From the IMG/VR virus record IMGVR_UViG_3300032007_000002: 64,000 bases of DNA; one strand, 5' to 3'. How positions within the stretch are numbered: the stretch's first letter is position 1; every line of letters begins with the position of its first letter. A program made the translations under genes and the position numbers. Source of the DNA: a virus (lineage: Duplodnaviria > Heunggongvirae > Uroviricota > Caudoviricetes). Shown here one piece after another: positions 48,967-58,834 of the stretch. The notes under the pieces are model-generated. The model saw nothing but the letters and a program-made list of their open reading frames with translations. It was not told where the DNA came from and searched no databases.

Positions 48967-49786
48967 GTTTGTTGTACCGAATTTCAGGACGGCGGAAGCG
49001 AATTATAGGGCCGACGCGAAAGTGCGCAGCCACGCAAAGGCTGTCGAACTGCTTCCGGCTGTCGCCGCTACGCTGAACCTTCCGGTTGACCCGAAACGTC
49101 CGATGGACCCGAACGACCTCCATGCGGCAGGGACCGCAGTCGCGGTCGCCACGCCAGCATACACGAAGTGGCTCGCGTCCGTGCAGGAGCGCAACCCGCT
49201 TATCGGTCGCAAGCGCACGGACAAGGACGGTAACGTCATTGGCGACATGTTCGAGGCTGCGCCGGAATACGAGGCCGACGACGAGCAGACCAAGGCGTCG
49301 GAACCGATGCCGCAGGAAACCGTCGACCAGATTGGCCAGTTCAAGACGGACGCGGACGGCATCAACCGCTACCACATCAACGATGACTACGAGCCGTATA
49401 TGCCGAAGGAATTTGATCCGAAGCTGGACGGCGCCGCTGCCAAGCTCTCCGACCTATACGTCATCCAGAATGCTGTCGAAAAGCGCATCGGCTTCGACTT
49501 CAAGGATGTCATGGACGGCGTCATGGACGACTTGAAGGAGTTCCACATCGACGACCTCGATTTCGAGATGCCGGCCGAGGAAGACCTGAAAGCGAAGGTG
49601 CAGAAGGCAATCGGAGTGGCGGAGACCCGCCTGCGCCTGACCGACCAGTCCAAGCGGAACGCCGAACCCGAAGCCCCGGCCGAACCTGCAAAGGCGCCGG
49701 AAACGGTCGATGACATCTGCCGTCGCATTGCCGGAAAGTCTAAACAGGTGTCGGAAAAACTGGAGTCCAGTTCCGATGGAAAGTGA
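48959..49786 (+). CDS. Hypothetical acidic protein
   Basis: GGAGG RBS; overlaps both neighbours. Confidence 0.75.
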   Translation: MSKFVVPNFRTAEANYRADAKVRSHAKAVELLPAVAATLNLPVDPKRPMDPNDLHAAGTAVAVATPAYTKWLASVQERNPLIGRKRTDKDGNVIGDMFEAAPEYEADDEQTKASEPMPQETVDQIGQFKTDADGINRYHINDDYEPYMPKEFDPKLDGAAAKLSDLYVIQNAVEKRIGFDFKDVMDGVMDDLKEFHIDDLDFEMPAEEDLKAKVQKAIGVAETRLRLTDQSKRNAEPEAPAEPAKAPETVDDICRRIAGKSKQVSEKLESSSDGK

Positions 49787-50027
49787 AACCCGCCCGGCGC
49801 CGTTCGGCAGCCGGGAGCGTCTTGTCCAGGATATGCCCTGGCTTGAAAAGTGTAGTGTGACCGAGTCCAACGCGCATGCGGCGATCTGCGAAGGTTCCAG
49901 CGGCGTGTATGAGGTCAGCCGCAACGGGCGGACGGCCAACGTCATCGCCACGAAGGACTACACTTACATGTGGCCGGGGTTCTTTGGCGGCGAAGTGGCT
50001 GCCATGAGATACCTGTTCCAGAACTGA
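49776..50027 (+). CDS. Small hypothetical protein
   Basis: GGAG upstream of MESET; overlaps the previous stop. Confidence 0.55.
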   Translation: MESETRPAPFGSRERLVQDMPWLEKCSVTESNAHAAICEGSSGVYEVSRNGRTANVIATKDYTYMWPGFFGGEVAAMRYLFQN

Positions 50028-50069
50028 TGTAAAAATCTTTTTACTCTAAAACGTTCCAGTTCCCATGAT

Positions 50070-50113
50070 TTTTGCTATATTTCACGGGAACAGGGACTTT
50101 TATATTATAAACT
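50070..50113 (+). promoter_or_regulatory. Tandem class 1 and class 3 promoters for the SSB gene
   Basis: TTTTGCTATATTT at 50070-50082 and TATAAACT at 50106-50113. Confidence 0.7.
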
Positions 50114-50167
50114 TGTAATACCTAAGTTCCAAACAACGTGGTCGATTTGACCAAAGAGGTGAAAACA

Positions 50168-51745
50168 ATGACTCAACAGTACAACGATCCCAGCGTCCAG
50201 CAGATGGACGTCCTCGCTTGCGGCGCTCCCGCTGCAGCTCCCGAAAACCTCGGTTCTGGGGAAAGAAAAGAAAACCCCAACGTGTGGAAGCCGACCGGCA
50301 TTACCGGACCTGGCATGGAATACAAGGCGCGTGTGCGTCTCCTCCCCCGCGGTCTCGAGGGCCTCAAGAAAAATCTCTATCCGTCCGTGTGTCTCAAGAC
50401 CCACTTCTTGAAGAACCCGGCAGACGGCAAGACCCTCAAGGTTGTCCTTTGCCGCGAATCCCTTCCGGGACAGACTTGCCCGATTTGTAAGGCAATCGGC
50501 AAGATTTTCAACAGCATCAAGAAGCAGCAGCAACAGCAGGGTGCCAATGAAAAGGCTGCTAAGGAAGTTGCAAAGACTTATTGCAAGAACCTCTGGGCAG
50601 ACGAATACTGGTATTCCAACGTCCTCATCCGCACCGACGCACAGCATTCCGAATTTAACAACAAGATTAAGTGGTGGAAGCACACCCCCAAGGTTGAGCA
50701 GATGCTTGACGCTCCTTGCCGTGTGAACCCGAACGCCCCGGTCCAGGCTGCCGCCCAGGTCGATCCGAATGACGAATTTGCTATCCAGAAGGCAAAGCAG
50801 GCCGAAGCAAATAAGCAGGAATTCTTCATTCCGTATGACCCGCGTCATGGGCGCGACTTCTTCGTTACCCCGTCCTGGGACAGCGAAACCAGTCGTGTCA
50901 CTTACACTACCTGTTCATGGGCAGACAAGAGCACTCCGCTCGCCAACACTGACCAGGAAATGCTTGCCATCCTCCAGGCATGCCCGGACTTGAACGAACT
51001 TTACAAGGATATGCCGGACGAAGCCAAGGCAGAAGCTGAATGGGCAGACTTCTGGCGCCTCGTCAATGAAGCCCAGAACCCGGCTGCTGCTGGTTTCCAG
51101 GGACAGCAGGCTCAGCATGGTGGCTACCAGGCCCAGAACGGTGGTGCCGCAAATGGCATCATCCCGACTACCCAGGCCCCGTTCACCATGCCCGGTACAC
51201 AGCAGCAACAGCAGACTGGTTACAACCAGGGTGCCCCGATGAACCAGGTCAGCGGTGCCGAATACTTCGGTAACGCAGCCGCTCCGGCAAATGACCCGCT
51301 CGCCATCGGTGGCGGTCAGGCTCCGGCCCAGACGGGCTTTGCGGCCCCGGCAAACGATCCGCTTGCTCTCGGCGGTGGACAGCAGAACTTCGGTGCTCCG
51401 GCAAACGATCCGCTCGCGGTCGGTGGCGGTGTGCAGCAGAACTATGCCGCCCCGGCCCAGCAGCAGGCACAGCCGGCATATACCGCTCCCGCAGCCAACC
51501 CGGCCGAACCGGTGAACGACATGCTTTCGTTCGGTGGCCAGCCGCAGTATGGCAATCCTCAGTACCAGGCTGCAGGAAATCCGGGCTTTGTTGCCCAGAC
51601 TCCGGCCCAGCAGCAGCAACCGCAGGGCAATTTCGCGCCCACGATGAAGCCGCAGGCCCAGCCCGGTTATTCTCAGGCCCAGACCCAGCCGCTCATGAAC
51701 GAGTTGCCGGGCGGTGCCGATGAAGACATCGACCTCCCGTTCTAA
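50168..51745 (+). CDS. Single-stranded DNA-binding protein (gp32-like) with a long disordered tail
   Basis: WKPT, ARVRLLP, H...C...CPIC zinc site, YWYSNVLIRTD..H.E.N.KI, PYDPRHGRDF; ends DEDIDLPF. Confidence 0.9.
   Translation: MTQQYNDPSVQQMDVLACGAPAAAPENLGSGERKENPNVWKPTGITGPGMEYKARVRLLPRGLEGLKKNLYPSVCLKTHFLKNPADGKTLKVVLCRESLPGQTCPICKAIGKIFNSIKKQQQQQGANEKAAKEVAKTYCKNLWADEYWYSNVLIRTDAQHSEFNNKIKWWKHTPKVEQMLDAPCRVNPNAPVQAAAQVDPNDEFAIQKAKQAEANKQEFFIPYDPRHGRDFFVTPSWDSETSRVTYTTCSWADKSTPLANTDQEMLAILQACPDLNELYKDMPDEAKAEAEWADFWRLVNEAQNPAAAGFQGQQAQHGGYQAQNGGAANGIIPTTQAPFTMPGTQQQQQTGYNQGAPMNQVSGAEYFGNAAAPANDPLAIGGGQAPAQTGFAAPANDPLALGGGQQNFGAPANDPLAVGGGVQQNYAAPAQQQAQPAYTAPAANPAEPVNDMLSFGGQPQYGNPQYQAAGNPGFVAQTPAQQQQPQGNFAPTMKPQAQPGYSQAQTQPLMNELPGGADEDIDLPF
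51281..51430 (+). repeat. Three coding repeats APANDPLA(I/L/V)GGG
   Basis: GC(T/C)CCGGCAAA(T/C)GA(C/T)CCGCT occurs three times. Confidence 0.85.
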
Positions 51746-51763
51746 TACGGTTTGATTTGAACG

Positions 51764-51818
51764 GAGCCGCCCCTGTGCCATACACGGGGGCGGTTCTTGT
51801 ATTGTTTTTGCTATATTT
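51764..51818 (+). terminator. Terminator after SSB, followed by the class 1 promoter for primase (51806-51818)
   Basis: GAGCCGCCCCTGTG-CCATA-CACGGGGGCGGTTC stem plus T-rich tract. Confidence 0.8.
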
Positions 51819-51826
51819 CATGCAAC

Positions 51827-53008
51827 ATGGGTTTACGTTTTGATAACATACCGCTATCCGCCTATGACGGGATCATTCGCAAGTTGTTCGGGCACCTGAA
51901 TTTGCAGGACAAGATGAACCACTACGAATGCGTATGTCCATTCTGTGGGGACATGAAGCAGGCGCACAAGCGAAAGTTATGGATTTACAAGGACACCTGG
52001 AAGACAACGTGCTTCAAGGGGTGTTTCGACGGGTCCCTGCTGAAGTTCTTGCAGGAAAATTACCCGGATGAATACCATGAACTTATCACCTATGCCATAA
52101 CCGATGACGACAACCGGGCAGGCGACAAGAAGCCTGCCGAAAAGCCGCTGGTTCAGCGTGTCGTCCCGACCCTTCCGTTTATGCCCGGAGAGCTCGTGTC
52201 TCTTTCAGACCCGACCGACCCGCTGGCGAAGAAGGCCAGGGACATCTGCGCCGGCCGAAGGATCCGCAAGGACGTGTATGAGACATGGTTTGCCTGCCGG
52301 ACTGGCGAGCAGTTTTATCACCGCAACCCGGACGGCTCCATCCAGTATTATCCGGGCACGACACGGCCGATAGGCAACGAATATCGTCACCGCATCATCA
52401 TGCCATACTACAAGTTCGGCGGGTTGTGGGGACAGTTCGATGCCCGAGACATGGATCCGAAAAGCGAACAGCGGTACCTGAACTTCAAGGGAGTTCGGCG
52501 CGAGGCATACAACATCGACTTTGTCGATTTTACCAAGCGTTTCTACATCCTCGAAGGATTGCTGGACTCGACGTTTATCCGCAATTCAATCGCCATTGGC
52601 GGCATTTCCCATCTTGCCGAGACGATGGCCGATAACCCGAAAATCAGGAAGTATATCAATAACGCGGTAGTTATATGGGATAACCCGTATAACGATGTCG
52701 CCGGTCGCCAGGCTTCCGTTTCCGCGATTTCCAAGCAGTTCAGGTGGTTCGACTGGGAAGGAATAGCATCGAAGGATATCAACGCCGCTGTCCTTGCCGG
52801 GGAGATGCCTTTGGACAGTTCCGGCTACGTGGACCCGGCGTTCCTCGAAAGGCGCATCCGCGAAAAGGATATGGCAGACATCGTCATGACGATGCGCTTT
52901 GGCAATATTCAGAAGGATATGTTCAAGGCGAAGATGGAAGCGCGGCGGAACGCCATGAAGAACAACACGCATATCCAGAACAACAAACATTCAATTTCCT
53001 TTATCTAG
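51827..53008 (+). CDS. DNA primase (gp61-like)
   Basis: Zinc domain CPFCGD...CFKGC; RIIMP; TOPRIM motifs EGLLDS, WDN, KDIN. Confidence 0.92.
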   Translation: MGLRFDNIPLSAYDGIIRKLFGHLNLQDKMNHYECVCPFCGDMKQAHKRKLWIYKDTWKTTCFKGCFDGSLLKFLQENYPDEYHELITYAITDDDNRAGDKKPAEKPLVQRVVPTLPFMPGELVSLSDPTDPLAKKARDICAGRRIRKDVYETWFACRTGEQFYHRNPDGSIQYYPGTTRPIGNEYRHRIIMPYYKFGGLWGQFDARDMDPKSEQRYLNFKGVRREAYNIDFVDFTKRFYILEGLLDSTFIRNSIAIGGISHLAETMADNPKIRKYINNAVVIWDNPYNDVAGRQASVSAISKQFRWFDWEGIASKDINAAVLAGEMPLDSSGYVDPAFLERRIREKDMADIVMTMRFGNIQKDMFKAKMEARRNAMKNNTHIQNNKHSISFI

Positions 53009-53014
53009 TCCATT

Positions 53015-55192
53015 ATGCCGGCAAAGACTACTATCGCAAACATGAAGTTGGGAGTCCGCAAGCGCCTCGTGAAGTTCGAGGTGCAGTATGGCTCGTTCAC
53101 CAATTTCGAGAACGTCTCTCGCGTCGGCGACGACGAGTATCTCACCGCTCGCCGTATCGCGAAGGTGTTCGGCATAAGCCAGGAATTTCTGTCCGAGCTC
53201 GGGTTGCTTTCCAGGGTGGATTATATCGTCTGCCAGAACCGGACGAAGGCATACCTGTGGAAGCAGGTCGTCGCCGAGATGTATCGCCGGGGGTTTACCG
53301 TGAAGGTCCCGGACCACCCGATGGCCGAGGTGAACGTGGACACGCTCGTTGCCGATACCGGCGTGGACGTGAAGAACTTCTACAAGCAGATCAAGCTCGG
53401 GCGCATCACGCCTCACCGCAGGCCGGGCGAACGATACCTGTATGTGTACATGGGCGAGTATGACAAGTTCCTCCGCAGTTACTTCCTCCCGGATAGCCTC
53501 CGGTGGATAGGGAGCCAGCCGCTGGGTTCCGGCGAGGCCGCGATTTTCTGCGGCTACAAGGACACTGCAGCATTTACTGCCGCGATTGCCCGCGGGGTGA
53601 TGCCGGTCCATCGCATCCAGGGTGTCAAGGGAGCCCGCCGCAAGATTACCAAGTCGGACCTCGCGTCGTGGCTGGAAAACTGTCGGAAGACCTTCCGCAG
53701 GAACCCACTTCCCGATGCGCTTCCGGTAAAGCTCGCGGCTATGTACATGCGCCGGAGCGTGTGGCAGTTCAAGAAGATTACGAAACACCTCGAAGTCGTC
53801 CCGGGCCGCCCGGGCTACTACACCAGGGAGAGCATGGACCGGTGGTACATGCGCGAGTGGTGCATGAAGGCATACGGGGAACATTCCTGCTATTACACCC
53901 CTGCCCAGATATGTGCGAAGTTCAACCGCACCGTCGGGTGGGTGAACGAGTTCATCGTCGGCAAGTGCGACGTCTACACGACCCGCCGGTATGTGATGAC
54001 GCAGGAAGAATTTCGTAAGAACTATGTAGGAAAGCCGGACCAGTATCCTTTCATCTACGGGTATCACAAGCCTGCCGTGGAAGCCATCGTGAAGGCCTCG
54101 CCCGAGATGCACACCATCCCGGAAATCGACGATGCCCGCGAGGGTGTCCACCGTCACCCGCATGGTGTCCGGCAGCTTACCCAGTCCAAGGAAGAGAGCA
54201 TCAGGATGAAGATTGCGGCCGGCATGCGCAAGACGATGAAGCGCAAGGCGAAGGACGCGAAGGAACATGCGCCGGAGGCGCCACTTCCGATCAGGAAGAA
54301 CTCGATTGAGCTCGGCATCAAGGCATCCCTGCAAAGGAACGCGCTGGAACGCGACGCCAAGTACAGGGAGGAACGCAAGAGGGCGCATGCCGCGGAGAAG
54401 GAGCAGAACGAACTGCGCCAGATACTGGGCATCACGCCGAAACGCGAGCGGGTAACCCCGAAGATGCTGCTGCAGACGTCGAAGGTCCCGTTGAATGTCT
54501 ATGTCGTCCACACGCTTGGCTACTCGTCGGGCATGTTTACCGACCGCATGCCCGAGAAGGACGCCTACGTGGTCAGGTCGCCCGAGCTGTATCTTCCGGT
54601 AAAGTCGAACAAGGAGCAGTCCAACTCGTTCAGCCTCGTGTCCAATGCCTATGACAAGGTGATCTCGTTCAAGCCGGCGGTGCCTCCCGCGTGGTATGTG
54701 CTCGTGGGCGGCAACACCGTCATCAACGACATGGGGTTCCCGGAAAAACTGGATGCCGTCCCGCCGGAAGTCGCTGCGGTCGGCGCCTTCGGCTACGAGA
54801 ATTTCCTGCATAACGGATCGTGGATAGACGGCCCGTCATACGGCATCTATTCGACGTTCCCGACGGACTTGAAGTCGAGCGAGTGGGTAATGGGCAAGCG
54901 TTCGGTGAACAGTTCGCATCAGGTGGTTGTCCTCGACGGCCCGTTCATCGCCGTCCGCGGTATTTACGGCGATGTCCTCGGAGACTTGCGCCAGTTCTCG
55001 CCGCTGGTTGAGGGCGATGTCGGCCAGCGTATGGTGGCCGCGGTCGTTTCGATAGTCCTCACCCGAATGGGTCTGAAGCTGATGCAGATTCCGGTTGAGT
55101 GCTCCATGTGCTCCGACCAGCCGATAAAGCCCGGGACACTGGAATGGAACCGTATCGAGGATCTCCTAATCAAGTTTTATCGGCACACTTGA
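53015..55192 (+). CDS. Multi-HTH (MerR/Xis-like) protein fused to a degenerate GT-A (GT2-like) domain
   Basis: About five HTH-like units (e.g. YLTARRIAKVFGIS, LGSGEAAIFCGY..IARGVMP); C-terminal SLVSNAYD, AAVGAFG, VVVLDGPFIAVR. Confidence 0.65.
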   Translation: MPAKTTIANMKLGVRKRLVKFEVQYGSFTNFENVSRVGDDEYLTARRIAKVFGISQEFLSELGLLSRVDYIVCQNRTKAYLWKQVVAEMYRRGFTVKVPDHPMAEVNVDTLVADTGVDVKNFYKQIKLGRITPHRRPGERYLYVYMGEYDKFLRSYFLPDSLRWIGSQPLGSGEAAIFCGYKDTAAFTAAIARGVMPVHRIQGVKGARRKITKSDLASWLENCRKTFRRNPLPDALPVKLAAMYMRRSVWQFKKITKHLEVVPGRPGYYTRESMDRWYMREWCMKAYGEHSCYYTPAQICAKFNRTVGWVNEFIVGKCDVYTTRRYVMTQEEFRKNYVGKPDQYPFIYGYHKPAVEAIVKASPEMHTIPEIDDAREGVHRHPHGVRQLTQSKEESIRMKIAAGMRKTMKRKAKDAKEHAPEAPLPIRKNSIELGIKASLQRNALERDAKYREERKRAHAAEKEQNELRQILGITPKRERVTPKMLLQTSKVPLNVYVVHTLGYSSGMFTDRMPEKDAYVVRSPELYLPVKSNKEQSNSFSLVSNAYDKVISFKPAVPPAWYVLVGGNTVINDMGFPEKLDAVPPEVAAVGAFGYENFLHNGSWIDGPSYGIYSTFPTDLKSSEWVMGKRSVNSSHQVVVLDGPFIAVRGIYGDVLGDLRQFSPLVEGDVGQRMVAAVVSIVLTRMGLKLMQIPVECSMCSDQPIKPGTLEWNRIEDLLIKFYRHT

Positions 55193-55208
55193 TGACCGTA
55201 ACTGTATT

Positions 55209-55221
55209 TTTTGCTATATTT
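55209..55221 (+). promoter_or_regulatory. Class 1 promoter TTTTGCTATATTT
   Basis: Exact motif upstream of the clamp gene. Confidence 0.75.
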
Positions 55222-55246
55222 CATAAAAATTGAAACGAGACGAACC

Positions 55247-56092
55247 ATGGCATCATTGACATTTTCGGAACAATTTTATGCGGTCTTGCAGAAGGTAGTC
55301 AAGGCATTGCCGCAGACACCGGTCCTTCTGTTCAAGGAAGACGGGTTTTCCCGCCTGTCTTATTCCAAGAACGGCCTGCTTTTCCACATCGCGGCATCGC
55401 CGGATGACTTCAACTATGAAGGTGAGATGATTGGCCTTTCCTCGCTGCGCGAGTTCAACGACTATGTCACCGCAATCGGCTACCCGAAGGGTGGCGAAAT
55501 CAGCCTAGTGCGCGAAATTTCCATGTCCGGCCACGCATACGACTTCGTGAAGTTCATCGGCAACAAGAAGACGCTCCGCTGCCGCATGGTGGACCTGGCC
55601 TTCTTTACCGAAGACAGTAAGGACATCCCGGCGATGCCGGACGAAAACCCGCTCGCGCTCGCAGGCAAGCTGTGCCTTACCCAGGAAGCAATCAAGGATT
55701 TGTTCAGGAGCCGTAAGCTGGCCCCGGGTTGCGACAACGTGACCATTACCTGCTACGAGAACAAGATTACCGTGACCCTCCGAGGCACGGTCGGCCAGCA
55801 GGTTGACCTCGACTACACGTACCCGAACATTACCGTCGATACAGAAATCATTAAGCAGGCCTACGCCAACTCGGTCCTCCGCATGTTCCCGATCGAGATG
55901 TTCAAGATTATGGACTCGATGGGCATGGACTATACGGTAGAGCTTCGCTACGCGCCGGGCGCGAACGGTGGTCAGATGGCCCTGTGTTCCTATGCGTCAA
56001 TCCCGGGCGCAAACGGCCAGACGATTACGGTGTACATCGGAACGGTCGAGTCCGAAGCGGCTACGATTGCAAATATTGACATGGTTCGCTAG
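55247..56092 (+). CDS. Sliding clamp (T4 gp45-like)
   Basis: TFSEQFYAVLQK, IGLSSLREF and LTQEAIKDLFRSRK...DNVTITCYENKI align by eye with gp45. Confidence 0.75.
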   Translation: MASLTFSEQFYAVLQKVVKALPQTPVLLFKEDGFSRLSYSKNGLLFHIAASPDDFNYEGEMIGLSSLREFNDYVTAIGYPKGGEISLVREISMSGHAYDFVKFIGNKKTLRCRMVDLAFFTEDSKDIPAMPDENPLALAGKLCLTQEAIKDLFRSRKLAPGCDNVTITCYENKITVTLRGTVGQQVDLDYTYPNITVDTEIIKQAYANSVLRMFPIEMFKIMDSMGMDYTVELRYAPGANGGQMALCSYASIPGANGQTITVYIGTVESEAATIANIDMVR

Positions 56093-56100
56093 GAGGCCGC

Positions 56101-56577
56101 ATGAACAGGTCTTCTCATTTCATCGAGGTGTATGGAGTCCGCAATGCCAGGAAGGGCATCTCGAAGCCCGATGCCGTTGTGTCGGTCACTCCGCGTCCGT
56201 ATATCGCCAACGGCAGGCCGCAGTATGAAATCACGATTGAGGCCGAGCTCGCCGGTGGCGAAGGCGAGACGCTTCCGCCGGAAGTTCTGACGACTTTAAT
56301 CCAGGAGGCCGGGAAATCCTGCGTGAACCGATGCGTGGCCGACCTCATGCTTCTCTATGCGAAGCAGTCCAAGACGGCCATGCCGCTGAACATCTACAAC
56401 GACACCGATAACAAGCTGGTTGTCGGCCACCGCTACAAGGCGGTCCTCGTCGGGTTAAATACCGATGCCGGCAAGATGTTCTATCTCGTGCGCAAGTCCG
56501 TGTTCGATGCCGGAAACGACGAGACGGTCGAAAAGATGATCCGTGAACTCTGTTCCGATATGGGGGTCCTTGAATGA
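56101..56577 (+). CDS. Hypothetical protein
   Basis: AGGAGG RBS; coupled to uvsW. Confidence 0.75.
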   Translation: MNRSSHFIEVYGVRNARKGISKPDAVVSVTPRPYIANGRPQYEITIEAELAGGEGETLPPEVLTTLIQEAGKSCVNRCVADLMLLYAKQSKTAMPLNIYNDTDNKLVVGHRYKAVLVGLNTDAGKMFYLVRKSVFDAGNDETVEKMIRELCSDMGVLE

Positions 56578-58397
56578 GCCTGACGTCCAGGGTGACAGTC
56601 ATGTTTGTTCCAGGAGACGCGTTCAACTGCCGCGTCGACTATTACGGCAGTTCTGTTCAGGACCTGAACAGGGTGAACAACTACGTCTATACCTCGATGC
56701 AGTTCTATGACGAGGGCAAGGGCTTCATGGCGAAGTCCCTCGGGATGAACAAGCACGAGTGCGTGGTCGAATTTTTCGACCGCAAGACGCGCATGCTTCC
56801 GGTCGGCCTTATCCCGCGCGTAGCCAAGCTGTTGCGCACCGAGTTCGGTGTCGGCGTGAAGATTGGCCTCGCCAAGGAAATCGACGACATGTTCAGGCCT
56901 CCGCATGGACCGGTGACGGAGCAGGCCATCCGTTCCTATGCGAGCACTCTGAACATACACAACGCGAAGACCGGCAAGCCGCTCGTCCCGTATGACCACC
57001 AGATTAGGCTCGCGACCCGTGCACTCAACGGAAGGCGCATTTCCCTGCTGGCGTGCACCAGCGCGGGCAAGTCGCTTTCGATGATGATTATTGCCAGGTA
57101 TCTGCTCGAACGCGAGCACCGTCGCCGTGTCCTCATCATCGTCCCGTCTACTAACCTCGTGGAACAGCTTTTCAGCGACTTCCATGACGACTACGGATGG
57201 GACCACGCCGGCCTGTATTGCACTCTGCTGCACTCGACCTCGACGGACAAGCTGACGAAGTCCGAGAAGGCCCGCCTGGAAGCGCTCAACCTCGGCGAAG
57301 AGGCCAAGCTGAAACCGATTACGATTTCGACCTGGCAGACCCTGCAGAACAAGCGGGCGTCCTTCTTCGAGGTGTTCGATGCGGTGATCGTGGACGAGGC
57401 GCACTCCACCCGCGGTCAGAAGCTGCGCGAAATCCTGTCCTTGTGCGAGAACGCCAATAACTTCAAGGTTGGCGTTTCGGGAACCCTACCGGATGATGGC
57501 CTTGACGCCGGGTATATCGAGAGCGGTCTCGGACGCAAGGAGGAGATTGTCCACCTCCATGAACTGGTGGAGAAGGGCATCCTTACGCCGGTGCAGGTGG
57601 AGGCGGTGTTCATCCCGTACCCGCCCAAGCTCCGCCCGAAGATTAAGAGCATGCACTACGACACCGAGTTCGACATGGCCACGGAGAACAGCTCCCGCAA
57701 GGACATCATCGACATGCTCATTCGTGCCGGCAAGATTACGACTGCGGAAAACACGGTTATCCTGTTCCGCTACATCGACAACCTGGAAATGGTGATGAAC
57801 TTCCTGAAGGAGCGCCACCCGGAGTTCAAGTATTTCGTAATCAAGGGTGACGTCCCGACCGACGAGCGAGAAGAAATCCGCAAGTCCATCGAGGCGAGCA
57901 CGGGAAACATCATCATCGCGACCTACGGCTGCATGCAGCAGGGCGTGAACATCAAGCTGCTGCATAACCTCATCATGGCGGATCCGGCGAAGAGCCCCTA
58001 CATGGTGGTGCAGTCAATCGGCCGTATTGTCCGTAAGCATCCGGCCAAGCCGCTTGCAAGGGTGTTCGACCTGGTTGACGATGCGTCTTACATGGGCCGT
58101 CCGTGTCGCGGGAAGCCGGCGCAGCTCCAGATGAACGGGCTTCTGCGCCAGTTCGCCAAGTTCAGGAAGTCCTACTACGATGCCGACAAGATTCCGGTGA
58201 ACCGCATCGACCTCGAAGGTATTTACTGCGTGAGTATCACCGAGGAGGATATCATGGAGCGCATCTTGAAGGCTATCGAGGCGGCAAAGGCCGCCAAGGC
58301 GAAGAAGGACGCGGCAAAGGGCAACCAGCAGGCATCCGGCAGCGTGTACAAGAAGAAATTTTTCTTAAATCCATTCCAACAGCAAGGAGTAGTCTAA
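56574..58397 (+). CDS. uvsW: UvsW-like SF2 helicase
   Basis: [42 protein letters not shown]. Confidence 0.95.
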   Translation: MSLTSRVTVMFVPGDAFNCRVDYYGSSVQDLNRVNNYVYTSMQFYDEGKGFMAKSLGMNKHECVVEFFDRKTRMLPVGLIPRVAKLLRTEFGVGVKIGLAKEIDDMFRPPHGPVTEQAIRSYASTLNIHNAKTGKPLVPYDHQIRLATRALNGRRISLLACTSAGKSLSMMIIARYLLEREHRRRVLIIVPSTNLVEQLFSDFHDDYGWDHAGLYCTLLHSTSTDKLTKSEKARLEALNLGEEAKLKPITISTWQTLQNKRASFFEVFDAVIVDEAHSTRGQKLREILSLCENANNFKVGVSGTLPDDGLDAGYIESGLGRKEEIVHLHELVEKGILTPVQVEAVFIPYPPKLRPKIKSMHYDTEFDMATENSSRKDIIDMLIRAGKITTAENTVILFRYIDNLEMVMNFLKERHPEFKYFVIKGDVPTDEREEIRKSIEASTGNIIIATYGCMQQGVNIKLLHNLIMADPAKSPYMVVQSIGRIVRKHPAKPLARVFDLVDDASYMGRPCRGKPAQLQMNGLLRQFAKFRKSYYDADKIPVNRIDLEGIYCVSITEEDIMERILKAIEAAKAAKAKKDAAKGNQQASGSVYKKKFFLNPFQQQGVV

Positions 58398-58834
58398 TGA
58401 TGACTAAGCAGATTAAAATTCAGTATCTCAATGACAGTATCAAGCGCCTCGAATATGTCGATGGCAAATCCGACTGGATCGACCTCGCCGCGGCCGAAAC
58501 CGTTACGCTTAAAGCCGGCGAACTCGCGAAGATTCCGCTTGGTGTCGCAATGAAGCTCCCGGAAGGCTTCGAAGCTCATGTCATTCCGCGCAGCTCCACT
58601 TTCAAGAACTACGGCGTGCTCCAGGCTAACTCCATGGGCCTCATCGACTGCAGCTACTGCGGTCCGAACGACTGGTGGATTTTCCCGGCCTACGCAACCC
58701 GCGACGTGACCATCGAAAAGGGTGCCCGCATCGCCCAGTTCCGTATCATGGAAAACCAGCCGAAGCTCGTCTTTGAAGAATGCCGCCTCGAAGGCGCTGA
58801 CCGCGGCGGTTTTGGCAGCACGGGGATCAAGTAA
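58397..58834 (+). CDS. dut: Trimeric dUTPase
   Basis: [33 protein letters not shown]. Confidence 0.95.
   Translation: MMTKQIKIQYLNDSIKRLEYVDGKSDWIDLAAAETVTLKAGELAKIPLGVAMKLPEGFEAHVIPRSSTFKNYGVLQANSMGLIDCSYCGPNDWWIFPAYATRDVTIEKGARIAQFRIMENQPKLVFEECRLEGADRGGFGSTGIK

Noticed and set aside
58103-58396. N-terminal extensions in the ORF track for dUTPase (also 60074, 18967, 31689, 51797, 55211)
   Set aside because: They overlap upstream genes or lie upstream of the promoter motif; downstream ATGs with an RBS or correct promoter spacing fit better.
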